64,000 nucleotides of DNA from Patescibacteria group bacterium (GTDB lineage: Bacteria > Patescibacteriota > Minisyncoccia > UBA6257 > 2-01-FULL-56-20): positions 16,496-80,495 of the forward strand of contig JANLHI010000002.1 in NCBI GenBank assembly GCA_024654525.1, read 5' to 3'. Shown piece by piece: positions 1-9,094 of the stretch (position 1 is its first letter; every line of letters begins with the position of its first letter). Made by a program: the position numbers and the translations under genes. The notes beneath the pieces are model-generated. The model was not told where the DNA came from. It worked only from the letters and a program-made list of their open reading frames with translations, and did no database searches.

Positions 1-456
1 GGGTGTATCGGAAATAGGGTATTCAGCCCTAATCGAGCATTTTGCGACCTCAAAGAGAGGGAAGGGCTTTTCGAGTTGATAAAGAAAGTGGATTTACTCA
101 TCATGAATCGCTATGAATATGCCGGATGTGCGGTAAGTACTCCGGCTGAAATTCACAGAATGGGGCCGGCGGTTTTAATAGTAACCGAGGACGCCCAAGG
201 AGGGTTTTACTCCATGAATGGCAGTATCCGGCGATTTGAGGCAATTCATTATCCATGCGAGCGCGCATATCCGACAGGCGCGGGAGATTGGTTCTTGGGC
301 GGTCTTCTCTCTGAATTAATCGCAAAAAACATTCGGGAAGTTTCCGAGTTAACCGAAGGAGCACTCCAAGAATGTCTTTTATTCGCCGCAAAGGTTGCGG
401 GGAAAAAAGTCACTATTCCGGGGAGCAGTCGAGGGCCTTCGCGGTCCGAGATCTAG
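1..456 (+). CDS. PfkB-family carbohydrate kinase, C-terminal part; the 5' end lies upstream of the window
   Basis: The frame is open from position 1. The motif PTGAGDWFLGG matches PfkB signature 2 (DTxGAGD). Confidence 0.6.
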   Translation, partial: GCIGNRVFSPNRAFCDLKEREGLFELIKKVDLLIMNRYEYAGCAVSTPAEIHRMGPAVLIVTEDAQGGFYSMNGSIRRFEAIHYPCERAYPTGAGDWFLGGLLSELIAKNIREVSELTEGALQECLLFAAKVAGKKVTIPGSSRGPSRSEI

Positions 457-513
457 CTCGCGAGAATATCAAAACGAAAAGAGGCGCGCATAATCTTCGC
501 GCCTCTTTGTATT

Positions 514-1149
514 TTAAATGATATCAAGAATATTTCGGAGGTTGTTGATGACCGGGATTGATTTATAAGAAGAAGAGGGAGCATAAGGGGAATCTTTTGG
601 ATTGCTAAAAATAATATAACGCAATAAAGGATGTGCGTGCATAATGCGTTCAGTTTCTATTGCGTGGTCATTAATAAAAAAACTTCCTTCAGGAGGATCT
701 AAATTTTTTAAAATATCTTCCTTAAAGTTTTGAACAATGTGAATCTCATCGAAAAAAGATTCGATGCCTGAATTGCGTATTTTAAAATACTGAAATTGTT
801 CGATTCCTTTTGTAATCAAAATAAGGTGATGCCCTTTTTTACGCAATTCAGCGAGAACTTCTTTAGAGCCACCGACAAGGTGTTTGTCCAAGGAGGATGA
901 AAGGAATGCATATACATTCTCAAGAGAATTGATATAACCACTTTCGAGTAATTCTTTACTGTGTGAAAGTATGTCGTAATTTCCCTCATGGGATTTAATA
1001 AAAGAATCGAAGGATTGCATAATGGTATTCTTATTCCCACCGCATGAATTGAGTACGGAAAATATATCCTTTTTTAATTCAGTAGTGTTAAAAAGAGTAT
1101 GATCAAGATCAAACATGACAAACGGATTTTTGGAGTGGTTGCGAGTCAT
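514..1149 (-). CDS. HAD-superfamily hydrolase
   Basis: N-terminal FDLDHTLF matches HAD motif I (DxDxT). The ORF is 211 aa. Confidence 0.6.
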   Translation of the reverse strand: MTRNHSKNPFVMFDLDHTLFNTTELKKDIFSVLNSCGGNKNTIMQSFDSFIKSHEGNYDILSHSKELLESGYINSLENVYAFLSSSLDKHLVGGSKEVLAELRKKGHHLILITKGIEQFQYFKIRNSGIESFFDEIHIVQNFKEDILKNLDPPEGSFFINDHAIETERIMHAHPLLRYIIFSNPKDSPYAPSSSYKSIPVINNLRNILDII

Positions 1150-1531
1150 GAGGGTATATTTTTCCTGTCATTATAATTGATTCTCTGGGGATTGACACTC
1201 TTTATTTTCTCTATATAATCAAGTCTTGCTATGGGTTCGGTCTGACAGCTCTCCATAGAGTAGTAATGCTATGGGGGGTGGTTCTTGAATCATGGCACAT
1301 GACTGATGCTTGAAAAATTCCTTGCTGGTTCGTGATCTGGAACATGCACGGCAATATAAGAATAAAAAAGAGTTTTTTAGTTGTTCCAATACGGTTTTGG
1401 TAGTTCCGTAAAAACTACATGTATTTCCGGTTTGGATTTTCACCTCGGTGGAATCCGAACTTTTTTTCGAGGATTTGATCCTGGTCCAGGATGAACGCTG
1501 GCGGCGTGGATAAGGCATGCAAGTCGAACGG

Positions 1532-1975
1532 TCAGATATCGGACCTCGGACGTCAGATTTCGGATGGTATACTGGAATAATGGATGTTACCGAATTGAGG
1601 ATATATGGAGATGCAATGAAGTTATTGCCGCAAGTATACACACTCGCAAAACAGCTTCCTAAAAGCGAGTTTGAACTCCGTTCTCAACTCTGTAATTCTG
1701 CAAAAGCTATTTCTGCTCAAATCGCAGAGGGATTCGCAAAAAAGGATTCGCAGGTTGAATTCAAGCGATTCTTGTTAATGGCACTCGGTTCTTCCGATGA
1801 GACAATCACGCATTTAAGACAAATTCAAATCTTAAAATTTGAAGGTGTTGATCTTAAATTGTGTGGGTCTTTAGTCGAAGAATATCAATCCGAGTCAAAA
1901 CAGATCAATTCATTAATTCAGAAGATAAAAAACAATTCGAAATCTGGTATCTGATGTCTGAAGTCCGATATCTGA
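1532..1975 (+). other. Intervening sequence (IVS) inserted in the 16S 5' domain, closed by a long inverted-repeat stem
   Basis: TCAGATATCGGAC at 1532 pairs with GTCCGATATCTGA at 1963. Canonical 16S sequence (GGCGAACGAGTTAGTAACAC) resumes immediately after. Confidence 0.75.
1580..1954 (+). CDS. rRNA intervening-sequence protein (four-helix-bundle family, TIGR02436 / S23-IVP-like)
   Basis: ELRSQLCNSAKAISAQIAEGFAKKD and FLLMALGSSDETITHL match the IVS-protein consensus (SQLrRAaxSIxaNIAEG ... FLxIAxGSxxE). The ORF lies entirely inside the IVS. The track ORF starts at 1517, but the internal ATG at 1580 is more likely. Confidence 0.65.
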   Translation: MDVTELRIYGDAMKLLPQVYTLAKQLPKSEFELRSQLCNSAKAISAQIAEGFAKKDSQVEFKRFLLMALGSSDETITHLRQIQILKFEGVDLKLCGSLVEEYQSESKQINSLIQKIKNNSKSGI

Positions 1976-2815
1976 CAGTGGCGAACGAGTTAGTAACACC
2001 CTAGTACGTACCCCGAAGTCGGACATAGCTCATCGAAAGGTGAGGTAATTTCCGATAGTCCCAGCTTTCGCTTTTCGTTTCACGAAAAGCTATAGCGGGC
2101 AAGTCGCAAAACTTGCCTGTCCGTAGCTCACGTGGAACGCAGAGCGAAGGCTGGGTAAAGTCGCAAGACGCTTTGGGATCGGCTTAGGTCCGATCAGCTA
2201 GTTGGTGGGGTAATGGCCTACCAAGGCGATGACCGGTAGGGGAGGTGAGAGCCTGGCCCCCAACGACGGAACTGAGACACGGTCCGTACTCCTACGGGAG
2301 GCAGCAGTCGAGAATATTCGACAATGGGCGAAAGCCTGATCGAGCGACGCCGCGTGCAGGATGAAGGGCTTCGGTCTGTAAACTGCGGTAGTATGGCAAC
2401 AACGCAAGTGAGTGCCATATGGAAAGAGGTGGGTAACTACGTGCCAGCACCAGCGGTAATACGTAGACCTCAAGCGTTATCCGGATTTATTGGGCGTAAA
2501 GAGCATGTAGGAGGCGCGGTGCGTCTTTGGTTAAATCCCACTGCCTAACGGTGGAAATGCCAGAGATACGGCCGTGCTAGAGGAGGTTAGAGGTGCATGG
2601 AACTCACGGTGTAGGGGTGAAATCCGTTGATATCGTGGGGAACACCAAAGGCGAAGGCAGTGCACTGGGACCTTCCTGACTCTGAGATGCGAAAGCGTGG
2701 GGAGCAAAAAGGATTAGATACCCTTGTAGTCCACGCCCTAAACGATGCCTGCTTGCTGTTTCGAGTATCGACCCTCGGAGTGGCGTAGCTAACGCGTTAA
2801 GCAGGCCGCCTGGGA

Positions 2816-2847
<32 letters not shown>

Positions 2848-2975
2848 AGACGGGGACTCGCACAAGCGGTGGAACATGAGGTTTAATTCGACGATAAGCG
2901 AGAAACCTTACCAGGGCTTGAAATGTTTGTTGAAAGTCTGTGGAAACACGGACCCTCCCTTAAAAAGACAGCAAG

Positions 2976-3007
<32 letters not shown>

Positions 3008-3090
3008 CTTTGAAGTGTTCCCTTAAGTGGGGTAACGAGCGCAACCCCTATCGTGTGTTATATGTGTCACACGAAACTGCCCCCGCTAAA

Positions 3091-3165
3091 GTTCAGATGT
3101 TGGAAATCAGATATCAGATGTCGGATGAAATTCCGAAATCTGATATCCGAAATCTGATATCCGAT
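3091..3165 (+). other. Roughly 75-nt expansion hairpin inserted in the loop of 16S helix 40
   Basis: CCCCGCTAAA and TTTAGCGGGG flank the insert. The insert is built of ATCAGATATCAGAT and CCGAAATCTGATATC repeats. Confidence 0.6.
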
Positions 3166-3687
3166 TTTTAGCGGGGGAGGAAGGAGGGGACGACGTCAAA
3201 TCCGCATGGCCCTCTGATGCCCTGGGCCACACTCGTGTTACAATGAAGCCGACAATGCGTTGCGAACCCGTAAGGGGGAGCTAATCGTATCAAACGGTTT
3301 CTCAGTTCGGATTGAGGGCTGCAACTCGCCCTCATGAAGCTGGAATCGCTAGTAATCGCGGATCAGAACGCCGCGGTGAATACGTTCTCGAGTCCTGTAC
3401 TCACCGCCCGTCACGCCAAGGGAGCCGGGAATGGGTAAAGCCTCGCAAGGGGTTAACTCAAATTCGGTGACATGGGCGAAGTCGTAACAAGGCACGCGTA
3501 GCGGAAGCTGTGCGTGGAACAATTAAACTATACGTCGTAATTTTTAGATTTTAGGTGATAGGTGTTGGATGAAATATTCTAAAACCTAAAACCTTCAACC
3601 TAAAACTTATTTGATTGGAACAACTAAAAAGCTTTTATACTCCAGTGTCCGATATCAAATGTCGGGAAATGTGGTATACTTTTTTAC

Positions 3688-4080
3688 ATGGCTGATTTGC
3701 AAAACACTATTATGGTCATCGAGGATGACCCGTTTCTTTCCTCTATATTAAAGGCTCGATTTGAAAAAGATGGGTTTCAAGTGATTCAAGCATTTAATGG
3801 AGAGGAGGCGCTTGCAAAGCTTCGTGAGTCGACGCCTGGAATTGTTATTTTGGATCTCATTATGCCGAAGATGTCGGGATTTGAGGTGCTTCAAGCAATT
3901 TCCCTTGACCCTCAGTTGAATAAGATTCCTGTGGTAGTGGTTTCAAACCTCGGACAACCGGGCGATATGGAAAAAGCAAAAGGGTTTGGTGCGATAGATT
4001 ATTTTGTTAAAATGAGGATGTCGATTGATGAATTGATTGTAAAAATTCGAGATATTGTGACAAAAAACGGGATGAAGTAG
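3688..4080 (+). CDS. Stand-alone response-regulator receiver (CheY-like) protein
   Basis: IMVIEDD is followed by ILDLIMPKMSGFEV and a conserved Lys region. There is no output domain. Confidence 0.8.
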   Translation: MADLQNTIMVIEDDPFLSSILKARFEKDGFQVIQAFNGEEALAKLRESTPGIVILDLIMPKMSGFEVLQAISLDPQLNKIPVVVVSNLGQPGDMEKAKGFGAIDYFVKMRMSIDELIVKIRDIVTKNGMK

Positions 4081-4153
4081 GTTAAAGGCGGAAAATAAAA
4101 CTGATAGCAAAGAGACTTGCGAGTTATTCAATAATAAGTTATACATTACTCCC

Positions 4154-4453
4154 ATGGATGCAGAAACAATAAAGAAAATAAAACCGGGCGCGCGTGTTCG
4201 CGTTTTCGAGGAAAAAGGCTATTTTGAAGGCCTTGTAATCGCGCGAAAGCATGGTTCGGAAGTGGGATCGACATTTACCGTGCGCACGATTATTGCGGGC
4301 GTAGGTGTGGAAAAGGTATATCCTATTCATTCTCCTGCAATTGCAAAGATCAATATCATTTCTTCTCCGAAGAAAGTGCATACCTCAAAAATCTATTGGG
4401 TAAGAAAAGCATCGGGAGCGAAGATTAGGCAGCGGTTGGGAGTATCTCTATAG
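4154..4453 (+). CDS. rplS: 50S ribosomal protein L19
   Basis: FEGLVIARKHGSEVGSTFTVRTIIAGVGVEKVYPIHSPAI matches the L19 consensus. Confidence 0.85.
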   Translation: MDAETIKKIKPGARVRVFEEKGYFEGLVIARKHGSEVGSTFTVRTIIAGVGVEKVYPIHSPAIAKINIISSPKKVHTSKIYWVRKASGAKIRQRLGVSL

Positions 4454-4460
4454 TGTAGTT

Positions 4461-4540
4461 CAGAAAGGTTCAACCTTGCCATATGGCAAGGTTGAACCTT
4501 TCTGTTTCTGTGAGTAAGCCGCGAGAGCGGCTTTTTTTTG
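4461..4540 (+). terminator. Tandem hairpin rho-independent terminator after rplS
   Basis: A perfect palindrome CAGAAAGGTTCAACCTTGCC/GGCAAGGTTGAACCTTTCTG is followed by GCCGCGAGAGCGGC and a T8 run. Confidence 0.8.
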
Positions 4541-4607
4541 TTTGACATTTTTCACAAAAGTTTTATTATATTCCCCATTGACCTTTAATAACTTAAATTG
4601 TGAAGAT

Positions 4608-5354
4608 ATGAAAAAATTCCTCTTGGTTCAGCTTAACCCTAACGGGGTAGCTGGGCATTTCTGGATGGGAATTGTGGGTTTGGTAATTACTGTAGGGGAG
4701 TCATTCCCCGGGTTTTTTCCAGATCCCCAATCCTTGTTAGTTCTCGCGGGTGTCGTGATTTTCGCGACTCTCCTCATCCCGGCGGGCGGTACTGATCGGG
4801 AAACGGAAGCCGATGTCTTGATTATAATGACGTTCGGTACGAGTGGTGTGTTCGGCGCCACTATAGGCGCGATGCTCACGTCTCTCGAAGGAATTTCTCC
4901 AAAACTCCTCACACCATCCATGATATGGAGTATGACGCTGGTAATTCTGGTATGTAAATCGTACTGGAAATGTGGGTATCTTTCGCGGGAACTTCTCGCG
5001 AGGGTATTTTCGAGTGTCAGGGTGAATGATTCAGTCCTTCACCTTATTGCATTCCTCGAGCGTCATAAGTTTCATGTCCGTGTAAGGAACCTCCGGCGGG
5101 CTATCCTCGACTTTGACGCAGAAGCCGTAGCGAAAACTTTCGATGGGTGGGTCGAGGGTAAGGTAAGATTTGCTTCGCTTGAAGCAATTCTTCGGCAAGA
5201 GGAAGCTTGGACGGAAAACATCGAGAATCTTTTCGTTCGGGCACGTGAGGATATCCTAAAACATATCACCTCGGGTGGGGAGAGCGTATCTCTCTCATCG
5301 GACTCGAAACCCGTTTCACGAGGGCGGGTGAAAATTCACCCCGCCCAGCAGTAA
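4608..5354 (+). CDS. Hypothetical membrane protein
   Basis: Hydrophobic helices are followed by a charged C-terminal domain. The track ORF starts at 4542; the ATG at 4608 (MKKFLL) is more plausible. Confidence 0.4.
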   Translation: MKKFLLVQLNPNGVAGHFWMGIVGLVITVGESFPGFFPDPQSLLVLAGVVIFATLLIPAGGTDRETEADVLIIMTFGTSGVFGATIGAMLTSLEGISPKLLTPSMIWSMTLVILVCKSYWKCGYLSRELLARVFSSVRVNDSVLHLIAFLERHKFHVRVRNLRRAILDFDAEAVAKTFDGWVEGKVRFASLEAILRQEEAWTENIENLFVRAREDILKHITSGGESVSLSSDSKPVSRGRVKIHPAQQ

Positions 5355-5445
5355 AGAATTATTCATTGAAGTTCGCCCGACGCACCAAGCGCCCGGGCGA
5401 CTTCTCTTTTTAGGGGTAATGTGGCATTATTGCACGTAAATAACC

Positions 5446-6576
5446 ATGAGGGAGAAACTACATAATTTTTTCCAGAATCCCACGACGTTTTGGGCAAAAT
5501 TTGTGGAGGTGGTGATTATGGTACTTATCGTGGTTTCCGTCGCGATTGTCGGGACTGAATTTTTTTACCCCGAGATTTTCAAACAGTTTTATACTCCTTT
5601 TATAATTATTGAGCATATTGCATTGGTGGTGTTTACCATAGAGTATGTGTTGCGCGTATTCACTGCGCCGCGAATTTTGCGATTTGCGGCGCGTCCGATG
5701 AGCATTGTGGATTTTCTTGCAGTGTTTCCAAATTACCTTGAGTTTTTCCTTGCGATATTTCCGAACACCACGGCAATTCGGGCAGTCCGGATTATTCGAT
5801 TATTCCGGTTCCTCCGTATTTTGAAGTTCTTCCGGTATAAGAGCTTTTTCGGGAGGATTTTCCGCTATCAAAACACCATCCTTGAACGCATCACACCAGT
5901 CCTTATCTTTTTCATGGCGCTCAAAGGAGCAATATGGCTATTAGAGGTAAAGGGGTGGTGGATTTCCCGCGCAGAACTGGGAGAACTTTTTGCAATTATT
6001 GGTTTTGCACTGGGTATTATTTTGTCCCAGAAAATCGGGGTGAGTTACGACAAATTTATTCAGGTTGAAGAAGCCATAGTGCGCGTATATAGCAAACTTA
6101 CGTCACTCTCAACTCTTCTTGAGCGAAAAAATAAAGGAGGGGGTTCGGGAGAAGCATGTCGGACGTGGGGGAAGTCATTCCTTGACCTTCTTCAAAACGA
6201 ATCCGATGACCATGCCGCATTTTTCCAGGAAAGCCACAATTTATATGAAAAAATTGCCGAAGTAGAACCCAATCCATCGGAACTCGCGATACTTTATACA
6301 GATCTTGAAAGTGATGCATCGTTTGCGTTAAGTAAAAAGCACCGTCTCACTCCCAAGGCATATGATACATTGCTCAACCAAGCAACGGTGCTTTATCTTG
6401 CGTTGGTAGCCGTGTTCATTCCTGCAGGAACCGGCATGATATCGGTGATAGTCGCAACCTATGTGCTCTACGGAATGTACCGCCTCACCCAAGACCTCGA
6501 TTCTATCTTTGGCGGTGAATTTAATTTGATTAATATTGATGTATCTGAGCTCAAACGATTTGTAGGGAATGTGTAA
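5446..6576 (+). CDS. Ion-transport-family protein with an S1-S4 voltage-sensor domain
   Basis: The S4-like segment AVRIIRLFRFLRILKFFRYKSFFGRIFR has Arg at every third position. No GYG/TVGYG selectivity filter is seen downstream. Confidence 0.55.
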   Translation: MREKLHNFFQNPTTFWAKFVEVVIMVLIVVSVAIVGTEFFYPEIFKQFYTPFIIIEHIALVVFTIEYVLRVFTAPRILRFAARPMSIVDFLAVFPNYLEFFLAIFPNTTAIRAVRIIRLFRFLRILKFFRYKSFFGRIFRYQNTILERITPVLIFFMALKGAIWLLEVKGWWISRAELGELFAIIGFALGIILSQKIGVSYDKFIQVEEAIVRVYSKLTSLSTLLERKNKGGGSGEACRTWGKSFLDLLQNESDDHAAFFQESHNLYEKIAEVEPNPSELAILYTDLESDASFALSKKHRLTPKAYDTLLNQATVLYLALVAVFIPAGTGMISVIVATYVLYGMYRLTQDLDSIFGGEFNLINIDVSELKRFVGNV

Positions 6577-6581
6577 TAGCG

Positions 6582-7622
6582 TTGTGTAATATTCTTATGC
6601 CAAAAAAAGAGAAAAAGAAGAATATCCTCATCCTCTTTTGCGGTGGGACGCTTGTAATGGAGGAGAATGAAAAAGGAGCACTTGAGACACCGTTAAAAGA
6701 GAAGGCAATCCGCACGCTTCTCTCGATGGAACCGAAACTCAAGAAAACCGCGAATCTCTTTGTGCATTATGTGGACAATATTGATAGTACGAACATGGAG
6801 CCGCGACATTGGGATACCATGACAAGGGTGATTGCGAAGGAGTATCGCAAGTATGATGGGTTCGTAATCACGCATGGCACGGACACTATGGGATATACCG
6901 CAAGCGCACTTTCGTATTCTTTGCAGAATCTTGGGAAGCCGGTGGTGCTTACTGGCGCGCAGATTCCCGGCGCGAAAGTGGAAACCGATGCGCGCAGGAA
7001 TTTTATCAATGCGGTTTCGGTTGCGTGCATGAATATTGCGGGAGTAATGGTGGTTTTTGACGAAGAGATAATTCTTGGTGCGCGGGCATCAAAAGTATCG
7101 GAATCAAAGTTGAATGCATTTGAAACGATAAACTGGGATTTATTGGGAGAAATTCGGATAGATATTCGTTTAAGTAATGAGGCAAAAAAGCGACATTCCG
7201 GAGTGCTTGCACCAATGCCCGGATTTGAGGAAAATATCACTGTGGTAATGTTGGTGCCGGGAACTCCCGTAGAAATGCTTATGCGCCTTCTTGAAGACGG
7301 CGTGAAGGGGATGGTACTTCGCGGATACGGTCCGGGGAATATCGCCTATACATATCTCCCTGTAATCAAGCGAGCACGACAACTCAATGTGCCGATTGTG
7401 GTGGATAGCCAATGTCTTGAAGGATCAACCTCAATGCACCTTTACGACGTGGGAAAACAGGCACTCGACAAGGGAGTTATTCAGGCATACGACATGAGCA
7501 TTGAGAGCGTAGCAACCAAACTCATGTGGGCGCTCAAGCACGCAAAGAACTACGCCGAGGTGAAAAAAATTATGCATACGAACTACACCGGAGAAATCAA
7601 TAAAGAAGGAAAAATCTATTAG
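6582..7622 (+). CDS. L-asparaginase (type I) / GatD-like
   Basis: ILILFCGGTL and ITHGTDTM are asparaginase active-site motifs. Confidence 0.8.
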   Translation: MCNILMPKKEKKKNILILFCGGTLVMEENEKGALETPLKEKAIRTLLSMEPKLKKTANLFVHYVDNIDSTNMEPRHWDTMTRVIAKEYRKYDGFVITHGTDTMGYTASALSYSLQNLGKPVVLTGAQIPGAKVETDARRNFINAVSVACMNIAGVMVVFDEEIILGARASKVSESKLNAFETINWDLLGEIRIDIRLSNEAKKRHSGVLAPMPGFEENITVVMLVPGTPVEMLMRLLEDGVKGMVLRGYGPGNIAYTYLPVIKRARQLNVPIVVDSQCLEGSTSMHLYDVGKQALDKGVIQAYDMSIESVATKLMWALKHAKNYAEVKKIMHTNYTGEINKEGKIY

Positions 7623-7766
7623 AGAGATATCGCATTTTTAAAACCACCGTTGTATGCGCGGTGTTTTTTGTATTTCCAAAGTCCGATGCGGAAATTTTAT
7701 TTAATTTCGCTTATAATCCAATTGGATTATAAGCGAATTCATATCTACACGAGTTTCTCAAAATGC

Positions 7767-9023
7767 TTACTCGTACCGCAACGCCTCAATCGGACTCTTG
7801 CGGGATGCCTGACTTGCCGGGTATCCACCGAAAACGAGTCCTATAAGTGCAGATACTCCCAATCCAAGGAAAGCGCCGTTCCACGGGAATACAAACTGCC
7901 AATTTACGCCAAGCCCATTAGAAAGACCTATCGCGATGCCAAATGAGAGGAAGGCGCCAAGGATTATACCTATAACGCCGCCAATGGCGGTAAGGAGTAC
8001 CGCTTCAAGAAGGAATTGGGAAAGAATATCTCGGTTTGTGGCGCCGAGTGCTTTCCGAAGTCCTATTTCTCTGGTGCGTTCGGTAACGGACACAAGCATA
8101 ATATTCATAATACCCACACCACCCACAAAAAGTGCGATGGATGCCATAGCCACGAGAAAAAGTGTCAATGCATTGGTGATGGTGGCAATGCGCGCGGAGA
8201 GGTCGACTTGTGTCTGCACGAAAAAGTCGTCTTTTGTCGGGTCATCAATATTATGGTTGTTTCTAAGTGTTGTGGTGATATCGTTGACTGTCTGACTGAC
8301 GGTATTGTCGCTGTCCGCAGTAACAATAATGCGGTCGAAATATGTCCTCCCTAATACATAGCTCTCTGCGGTGGTGTAGGGAATGAGAACCATGTCGTCA
8401 AAATTAAAGAATGATACCTGTCCCTTTGAAGCCAAAATACCGACAATACGAAAACTTTTATTGTTGATTTTAATTTTTTCCCCAAGTGGATTGATTCCGG
8501 GATCAAAAAGTTTATTTTTCACTTTATCTCCAATAACCACGACACTTGCTCTGGATTGGACATCATTGGTTGAAAAGAAATCCCCGATGCTCGGGTAGAT
8601 GTCAAAGATGTTACCTATTATATTGTTTTCATCACTGCTTCCTCCGCCCAAAACGGTGCTTTGATATGTTTGGTTTCCATATGCCAGTCTCACGGGCCCA
8701 AACATAACCGGCATGACATCCGAAGCGTGAGGGAGATTGCTTTTATTTTTCAGGCTTTGAAGGTCGCGCTCTTTGAGTGAGTTAAGAAATACGTTTGCAA
8801 AATCGCTCGGTCCGGTTGGTTGTCTCCCGGGAATGATTGCGATAGTTTTTGAACCGAGTCCTTGAACTTGTCCCAAGATGAATTTTTGTGCTCCCGCGCC
8901 AACCGAGATGACGAGCATAATTGCGGTAATTCCAATAACGATTCCCAGTATGGTCAGCATCGAACGCGAACGGTTTGTAGAGAGTCCCGTAAAAGAAGTT
9001 TTAAGTGTATGTTTCCAGACCAT
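7767..9023 (-). CDS. ABC transporter permease, MacB/FtsX family
   Basis: An N-terminal TM helix and a large extracytoplasmic domain are followed by a C-terminal FtsX-like four-TM domain ending ...SQASRKSPIEALRYE. Confidence 0.8.
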   Translation of the reverse strand: MVWKHTLKTSFTGLSTNRSRSMLTILGIVIGITAIMLVISVGAGAQKFILGQVQGLGSKTIAIIPGRQPTGPSDFANVFLNSLKERDLQSLKNKSNLPHASDVMPVMFGPVRLAYGNQTYQSTVLGGGSSDENNIIGNIFDIYPSIGDFFSTNDVQSRASVVVIGDKVKNKLFDPGINPLGEKIKINNKSFRIVGILASKGQVSFFNFDDMVLIPYTTAESYVLGRTYFDRIIVTADSDNTVSQTVNDITTTLRNNHNIDDPTKDDFFVQTQVDLSARIATITNALTLFLVAMASIALFVGGVGIMNIMLVSVTERTREIGLRKALGATNRDILSQFLLEAVLLTAIGGVIGIILGAFLSFGIAIGLSNGLGVNWQFVFPWNGAFLGLGVSALIGLVFGGYPASQASRKSPIEALRYE

Positions 9024-9094
9024 AGAAAGTTCAGAATTTAAAAATCAAAATTCAAAATAAATGTGTTTGCGAAGCAAGCTCTGTAATGTTGCAT

